NCBI GenBank assembly: GCA_038045945.1
Contig: JBBSXC010000003.1
Span: 32,001 to 96,000, forward strand
Source of the DNA: Nanobdellota archaeon
GTDB taxonomy: Archaea > Nanobdellota > Nanobdellia > Pacearchaeales > GW2011-AR1
Length of the DNA: 64,000 bases
Reading direction: 5' to 3'
Positions within the stretch are counted from its first letter, which is position 1. Each line of letters begins with the position of its first letter. A model generated the notes under the pieces. The model saw nothing but the letters and a program-made list of their open reading frames with translations, had not been told where the DNA came from and did no database searches. Shown here in pieces: positions 58,273 to 64,000 of the stretch. The translations under genes were made by a program, and so were the position numbers.

Positions 58273-59868
58273 TTATTTTTTCCCTATACATGCCTTAACA
58301 AAATTATAAAAAAACTTGTCAGGATTAGTCAAAGTACTTGTTAATTCAGGGTGAGCCTGAGTAGCCATAAAAAAAGGGTGATTCTTAATCTCAACTATTT
58401 GCATAATTTTGTTATCAGGAGTAGTACCACTAAAAACTAAACCATTACTTCTCAATTCTGAAACGTACAAAGGGTTAACTTCGTAACGATGCCTAAACCT
58501 CAACCTTACAGAATCACCAAAAATTTTACCAGCTAAACTATCAGAATCATTAATTATAACATCATGACCTCCAAGTCTCATAGTACCGCCCTTATCACTT
58601 ATTGCTCTCTGCTCAGGAAGCAAATCAATAACAGGATTATTAGTAGAAGGATTAATCTCAGTACTATTAGCATCAATTAATCCGCAAACATTTCGAGCAT
58701 ACTCAATAACTGCTAACTGCATACCATAACATAATCCCAAATAAGGAAGATTATTATTACGACAATGATTAATAACCTTTATTTTACCCTCAGCACCCCT
58801 AACACCAAAACCTCCAGGAACAATAACACCATCAATACCCTTTAATGCATCACTAACAACAACCTTACCATCCTCAATATTAGTAGTCTCAACCCAAACA
58901 ATTACAGGCTTAACACCAAAATGAGCACAAGAATGCCTCAAAGCCTCAACAACACTAGCATAACTATCCTCAAGCTCAGTATACTTACCACAAATAGCAA
59001 CTCTTAACTCCTTAGAAGGATTACTCATAGAATAAACCAAATCATTCCAAGAAGGATCAGGAATAACAGACCAAGAAAACTTTTTGTTAATCAAACTAAC
59101 AATTCCCTGCTTCTCAAAATTAACAGGAACCTCATAAACATTATTAGTATCCTTACCAGTAATAACACAATCAGTATCAATATCAGCCCAAGAAGCAATA
59201 CGCTCACGAATCTTATTAGTCAACCAATCCTTACAACGAGCAATAATTATATCAGGCTGAATACCCCTCTGCCGGAGCAAACTGATACTTTGCTGAACAG
59301 GCTTACTCTTCTGCTCATTAACGCCTGATGGTATAGGAACATAACCAAGATGAACATACAAAATATTATCCTTACCAACATCCTTCTTAAGCTCCCTAAC
59401 AGCCTCCAAGTAAAGCTCATTCTCCATATCACCAACAGTCCCACCAATCTCAATAAGTAACAAATCAGGATTCTCCTCCAAAACAATCCTGTTAAAATGA
59501 TCCTTAATAACATTAACAACATGAGGAATGTACTGAACAGTCTTACCCAAATAATCACCCCTCCTCTCCTTAAGACGAACCGTATCAAAAACCTTACCCA
59601 TAGTCAGGTTCCAAGACTTCTTAGTAGTACAATTAAGAAACCTCTCATAATGACCAAAATCCATATCAACCTCACCACCATCATCCATAACAAAAACTTC
59701 TCCGTGCTCAACAGGATTCATAGTACCAGGATCAGTATTAAGGTAACCATCACACTTAATAGGAATAACCTTTTTTGAAGGTGAAAGAAGACGACCAATA
59801 CTAGCAGCAGCAATACCCTTACCAATACCAGAAATAACACCCCCAGTAATAACCAAATATTTTGTCAT
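58273..59868 (-). CDS. pyrG: CTP synthase
   Basis: GGVISGIGKG, DPGTMNP.EHGEV, GLCYGMQ, RHRYEVN, QAHPE. Confidence 0.98.
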   Translation of the reverse strand: MTKYLVITGGVISGIGKGIAAASIGRLLSPSKKVIPIKCDGYLNTDPGTMNPVEHGEVFVMDDGGEVDMDFGHYERFLNCTTKKSWNLTMGKVFDTVRLKERRGDYLGKTVQYIPHVVNVIKDHFNRIVLEENPDLLLIEIGGTVGDMENELYLEAVRELKKDVGKDNILYVHLGYVPIPSGVNEQKSKPVQQSISLLRQRGIQPDIIIARCKDWLTNKIRERIASWADIDTDCVITGKDTNNVYEVPVNFEKQGIVSLINKKFSWSVIPDPSWNDLVYSMSNPSKELRVAICGKYTELEDSYASVVEALRHSCAHFGVKPVIVWVETTNIEDGKVVVSDALKGIDGVIVPGGFGVRGAEGKIKVINHCRNNNLPYLGLCYGMQLAVIEYARNVCGLIDANSTEINPSTNNPVIDLLPEQRAISDKGGTMRLGGHDVIINDSDSLAGKIFGDSVRLRFRHRYEVNPLYVSELRSNGLVFSGTTPDNKIMQIVEIKNHPFFMATQAHPELTSTLTNPDKFFYNFVKACIGKK

Positions 59869-60026
59869 GATACAAAATAAACTCTTGCAAGAATACTATT
59901 TAAGTTTTTATGAAAAAACAGAGAAAAAATCATGTACAAATACTTGTACACAAAAAAATTTGTAAGACTAATAATTATCCAATTAGTATAGACAAGCTTT
60001 TAAAGTCAAAAACATTATTCACTATT

Positions 60027-60191
60027 ATGAACGAAAAAAAGAGGCTTAAAATGGCAGTAATCGCTGGAGCTGCAGCAGCATCAAAATTCATGAAGAATAA
60101 TAGGATGGCAACAAGCGAAGACGCAATAAGACACGTAACAAAAGAAATAGCTTCAATTCTAGAAAACATTGAGAAAGACGGAGAAATATAA
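60027..60191 (+). CDS. Small hypothetical protein (54 aa)
   Basis: Likely start MNEKKRLKMAVIAGA at 60027 below TTTTAAAG box. Confidence 0.6.
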   Translation: MNEKKRLKMAVIAGAAAASKFMKNNRMATSEDAIRHVTKEIASILENIEKDGEI

Positions 60192-60216
60192 AAACAATAA
60201 CTTTTTATTTAAGTAA

Positions 60217-60717
60217 ATGAAAAGAGTCAACCACACAATAATAATTGTAACAATAATAGCTTTACTATCAATAGCACTCTACATAAACAGCGATAATAAA
60301 GAAAAAACACAAATAATTAACGACCAAGAAGCAAAAACAACAAAAACATTTACATCTCCAACATACATAACTTACAAAAATTTTGAGCCAGTAATGAGCA
60401 AAATGAGCATTATTAAAGACGTACCAGAAGAATACCCGATACAACTAAAATTTTTCAATTTTAACACCGGGATTAGACAATGGGAAAAATCATACATAAT
60501 TTCTTCGGCGGGTGTTAAAGAAGGAACGATAGAAAACCCGGAATTAACAGTTGTTCTAAACTCAAAATACTTACAAGGACTAACAACAGCAAACTTTTGC
60601 TCAGCAATAAGCCTAGCAAAAAAGAACGGAGACTTAGGAATAGAATCAGAATCATCAAGCATAAGCCTAGCAATAAAGTATAAATCACTAATAAAACACA
60701 AAGACTGCTTAGGATAA
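60217..60717 (+). CDS. Membrane-anchored protein, SCP2-like fold candidate
   Basis: N-terminal TM; NPELTVVL...FCSAISLAKKNGDLGIE. Confidence 0.55.
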   Translation: MKRVNHTIIIVTIIALLSIALYINSDNKEKTQIINDQEAKTTKTFTSPTYITYKNFEPVMSKMSIIKDVPEEYPIQLKFFNFNTGIRQWEKSYIISSAGVKEGTIENPELTVVLNSKYLQGLTTANFCSAISLAKKNGDLGIESESSSISLAIKYKSLIKHKDCLG

Positions 60718-60724
60718 AAAAAAT

Positions 60725-61285
60725 TTAAGCCCCTGCTAACTCTCTTCCTCTATATGTTTCTCTAATTCTCTCCCTAGCCCTGTGAACTCTTGACATAACA
60801 GTGCCTGGAGGTATCCCAAACTTTTCGGATATTTCTTTACAACTCATTTCTCCAACAGATTTAAGTCTTAAAGCCTCAAAATATAAAGGGTCTACACCTT
60901 TAGAATAATTATCAACAGCATCTCTTTCCTCATAAGACATTTCACCATTATGCCCTTCATAATTTTTTTCTGAGGCAGCTATTCTCTCTAAAGAATCATC
61001 ATTAACCGGACCAAGCTTCCCACGCTTCATATGAGTTAACAAGTCTCTCTTAACAATTGTTTTAAAAAGAGCCTTAAAACTCGTATTAGGCATAACATTA
61101 CGACTCGTTTTAAACAAAGCGGTATTGGCAATCCATTCTGCATCACTAACCTCTACCTTCCCATAAGTGCTCCTGCTAAAATCTCTAGCATAATTCATAG
61201 CCAAAGCCATGTGTTCAGTGATCATTCTTTCTCTTTCACTATCAGTGAATAATCCTTCATTCTTGTAACTACCTAATGATGACAT
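60725..61285 (-). CDS. ECF-type sigma-70 family protein (divergent region 2, conserved region 4)
   Basis: DAEWIANTALFK...SFKALFKTIVKR (region 2); EALRLKSVGEMSCKEISEKFGIPPGTVMSRVHRARERIRE (region 4.2). Confidence 0.85.
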   Translation of the reverse strand: MSSLGSYKNEGLFTDSERERMITEHMALAMNYARDFSRSTYGKVEVSDAEWIANTALFKTSRNVMPNTSFKALFKTIVKRDLLTHMKRGKLGPVNDDSLERIAASEKNYEGHNGEMSYEERDAVDNYSKGVDPLYFEALRLKSVGEMSCKEISEKFGIPPGTVMSRVHRARERIRETYRGRELAGA

Positions 61286-61309
61286 AAAAATGTCAAGATT
61301 TTAGGGTTT

Positions 61310-62077
61310 TTAAGCTTTTATTTTCTCAAAAAGTTTTGTTCCAATAAACATTGAAAGAACAACTAGGTCTAAAACAATTATTAAGTCAAGCCAAATACTG
61401 AAGTGAGAAACACCACCAAGAGCAGCCCTAAGGCCATCAATACAATAAGTTAAAGGATTAAGATAAGCAACAACTTTTAGAGCAGTAGGAGCAGAATCAA
61501 TAGGAAAGAGAGCGCCGGACAAGAAAAATAGTGGCATAATCAAAAAATTAATTATTAGAGGAAAAGCTTGCATGTCCTCTAAACGAGTTGCAATAGCAGT
61601 ACCAATAGCAGTGAATAATAACCCCATCATAACCATAAACAATATAGCAACAGGCAAAAGAGACCAATTAGTAACTTTAAAACCAACAAGTAAAGAAATA
61701 GCTAATATGAACACACCTTGAAATATTGAAACTGTCGCACCACCAATTGTTCTACCAAACATAATCTTCCACCTAGGAACAGGAGCAACTAGTGTTTCTT
61801 TAAGAAAACCAAACTGCCTATCCCAAATAATTTCAATACCATTAAACATAGCAGTAAACAAAATAGTCATAGCAATAATACCTGGAGCTAAAAACTGAAT
61901 GTAACTACCACCAACAGCTTTTTGAAAAATAGAGCCCATACCAAAACCCAAAGCTAACAAAAAAAGTAAAGGCTGACCTAAAGAACCAATCATTCGAGGC
62001 TTAGAACGCCAATACTTCTTAAGTTGACGAAGCCACATAGCATAAATGGGAGAAGTACTCATCTTTTTCCCCTCCAC
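61310..62077 (-). CDS. ABC-2 type transporter permease (DrrB/NodJ-like)
   Basis: FLAPGI, DRQFGFLKETLVAP, FFLSGALFP, NPLTY. Confidence 0.92.
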   Translation of the reverse strand: MEGKKMSTSPIYAMWLRQLKKYWRSKPRMIGSLGQPLLFLLALGFGMGSIFQKAVGGSYIQFLAPGIIAMTILFTAMFNGIEIIWDRQFGFLKETLVAPVPRWKIMFGRTIGGATVSIFQGVFILAISLLVGFKVTNWSLLPVAILFMVMMGLLFTAIGTAIATRLEDMQAFPLIINFLIMPLFFLSGALFPIDSAPTALKVVAYLNPLTYCIDGLRAALGGVSHFSIWLDLIIVLDLVVLSMFIGTKLFEKIKA

Positions 62078-62883
62078 ATCTTAGCACCCTGACGTAAAAC
62101 ATCAATACTATTAGCTTCCTCTTCCCTAATAGAATGACCAGTAAGTTTAAGGAAAGCCTCTTCTAAAGTTTGAGAATTCGTTTCTTTCTTCAAAGACTTT
62201 GACGAACCACTAGCAACAATTTTTCCATGATCAATAATAGCAATTTTGTCAGCAATCTTATCAGCCTCTTCCATATAATGAGTAGTTAAAAAAACAGTCA
62301 TTTCTTCATCATTCATCAATTCCCTAATGTACTTCCATAAATGATTTCTAGTTTGAGGGTCAAGACCGAGAGTAGGCTCATCCAAAAAAAGAATTTTAGG
62401 GTGATGAATAAGACCACGAGCAATTTCAAGCCTCCTCTTCATCCCGCCAGAGAAGGTTTTAACAACCAAATTCTTCTTATCCCATAAACCAACAAATTTT
62501 AGTAATTGCTCAATCCTCTTCTTTCTTAAACTTCTAGGAACATTATAAAGAATAGCATGAAAATCCATGTTTTCAATAGCAGTCAAATCATCATCAAGAC
62601 TAGAATCCTGAAAAACAATACCAATAGAAGAACGAACCTCATCCTTACCGCTCTTAGGATTATGACCATTAATAAGAACCTCACCATGAACGTAATCAAG
62701 AATAGTAGTAAGCATCTTAATAGTAGTTGTTTTACCAGCACCATTAGGACCTAAAAAAGCAAAAACAGAACCCCTCTTAACACTAAATGAAACATTATCA
62801 ACAGCAGTAAAGTCACCAAACTTCTTAGTAAGACCCTTAACAGAGATAATATTATCAACCTTAACCATGATAAAAACAAACAA
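62059..62883 (-). CDS. ABC transporter ATP-binding protein (DrrA/NodI-like)
   Basis: GPNGAGKTT, FSGGMKRRL, LFLDEPT, TTHYMEEA. Confidence 0.95.
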   Translation of the reverse strand: MFVFIMVKVDNIISVKGLTKKFGDFTAVDNVSFSVKRGSVFAFLGPNGAGKTTTIKMLTTILDYVHGEVLINGHNPKSGKDEVRSSIGIVFQDSSLDDDLTAIENMDFHAILYNVPRSLRKKRIEQLLKFVGLWDKKNLVVKTFSGGMKRRLEIARGLIHHPKILFLDEPTLGLDPQTRNHLWKYIRELMNDEEMTVFLTTHYMEEADKIADKIAIIDHGKIVASGSSKSLKKETNSQTLEEAFLKLTGHSIREEEANSIDVLRQGAKMWRGKR

Positions 62884-63003
62884 ATTAGCAGTTATTAAAG
62901 ATTATGAACATGAGGAGCATAACAAAGAATAATGAAATATTCATCATTAAGAAGTAGTTACTAAACGAAAGCCTTAAATAATGTTTAATGATCTAATAAA
63001 TTG

Positions 63004-64000
63004 ATGGTTATTAACAAGAAAGTATTGATACTAGCACTTTTAATGATTAGTTTCGTATTTTTAGCAAGCCAAGTAATGTCTGAATCATTCGTGACTTATT
63101 GCAACGTTCAGTACCCCTTACTAAACAACTTTTTATGGTATAGCAACGTTAGTGGAATTATTAATGTCTCATGGAATGCAACATCACAATGTGACCTATT
63201 TGAAATAAAACTTGCAGGACCATCATTTTTCAATAGTAATTTAACAAACATAGCAGGAAACGGGACAAGAACATATATGTGGGACACAAGAGACTTACAA
63301 AACGGTCAAGGGTACAGATTAGAAGTTTGGGGAAGAGACTCACCAAACCCAACAATTTGGTCAGTTGCAGGGGCAGGATCACTAAAAATCAACAACACGC
63401 TCCCAATAATAACAATAAAAAATAGTACTATAAGAACTAATAATATCTCAGGAATAAACCATTACTCATACTTAGAATCAATAAGTAACAAGAACCAATC
63501 ATTAGGAATTAATTGTAACACAGGATCAACACTGGGAATTGGCGAATCATCAATAACTTGTAACTCAACAGATCAAGCTAACAACACAGAAACAAAAAAT
63601 TTCACTATAACAGTAATATTTGCCATAGATTATAACAAAACAGAAGCACCGACAACCACTATAGAGTTCAATAACATACCAAACATAACAAATATTGACC
63701 TAAGAGCAATTGAATATAACGAAACAAACCTATCAACAAACGGATTCTTAACAACAGGTAAATATTATGATATAACATCAAACTTAACTAATGGAGAATT
63801 CAACGCAACAATAACATTCTCATACCTTGACTCTGATAATGACTCAATAATTGATAACACAACAATTAACGAAACAGAAATAAGCGTTTATTATTATAAC
63901 AATCAAACATCAAATTGGACAAGCATACCAATTATTAATAGAGACACAGAAAACAACACCGTAACAATAAAAGTTGACCACTTCACACAATTCTCAATGA
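63004..64000 (+). CDS. Secreted surface glycoprotein, runs off the window end
   Basis: MVINKKVLILALLMISFVFLASQVMS signal; Asn/Thr-rich; ends VTIKVDHFTQFS. Confidence 0.7.
   Translation, partial: MVINKKVLILALLMISFVFLASQVMSESFVTYCNVQYPLLNNFLWYSNVSGIINVSWNATSQCDLFEIKLAGPSFFNSNLTNIAGNGTRTYMWDTRDLQNGQGYRLEVWGRDSPNPTIWSVAGAGSLKINNTLPIITIKNSTIRTNNISGINHYSYLESISNKNQSLGINCNTGSTLGIGESSITCNSTDQANNTETKNFTITVIFAIDYNKTEAPTTTIEFNNIPNITNIDLRAIEYNETNLSTNGFLTTGKYYDITSNLTNGEFNATITFSYLDSDNDSIIDNTTINETEISVYYYNNQTSNWTSIPIINRDTENNTVTIKVDHFTQFSM

Noticed and set aside
61291-61296. TTGACA -35 box immediately before the sigma gene
   Set aside because: Only 5 nt from the ATG with no room for a -10 element; likely chance
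1-64000. Window is bacterial (CPR) or a chimera because of dnaA and sigma genes
   Set aside because: TATA-type spacing, archaeal regulator families and matching codon skew across dnaA favour one archaeal genome; no ribosomal or RNAP marker is present, so this is disfavoured rather than excluded

Overview
AT-rich, gene-dense chromosomal segment that reads as a small-genome archaeon, most likely DPANN (Pacearchaeota/Woesearchaeota-like); the taxonomy is inferred, not proven. Support: TATA-box-like elements about 25-30 nt upstream of apparently leaderless genes, a tRNA-Asp without encoded CCA, and AbrB-PhoU, TrmB, double-Lrp and membrane-anchored HTH regulators. Ordinary content includes grpE-dnaK-dnaJ, recQ, xth, msrA/msrB, pyrG, an ABC-2 transporter, two toxin-antitoxin pairs and many small membrane or secreted proteins. 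The standout signal is a dispersed set of divergent homologs of bacteria-type machinery that archaeal transcription and replication do not use: a stand-alone sigma-54 DNA-binding domain (633-1133), an ECF sigma-70 (60725-61285) and a four-domain DnaA (42192-43787). Alongside these are tandem receiver-like proteins, a predicted outer-membrane-type beta-barrel, and a duplicated module (AbrB-PhoU regulator converging on an AbrB + membrane Ser/Thr kinase operon) whose kinase tails look like degenerate lytic-transglycosylase domains. A conserved ~50-bp promoter links a kinase operon to the operon right after dnaA. Working hypothesis: a co-regulated system for sensing or manipulating a bacterial host. 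Also present are two integrase-less cassettes stacked at the tRNA-Asp 3' end and a redox operon that has lost most of its cofactor ligands. All family assignments are motif recognition by eye; no searches were run.
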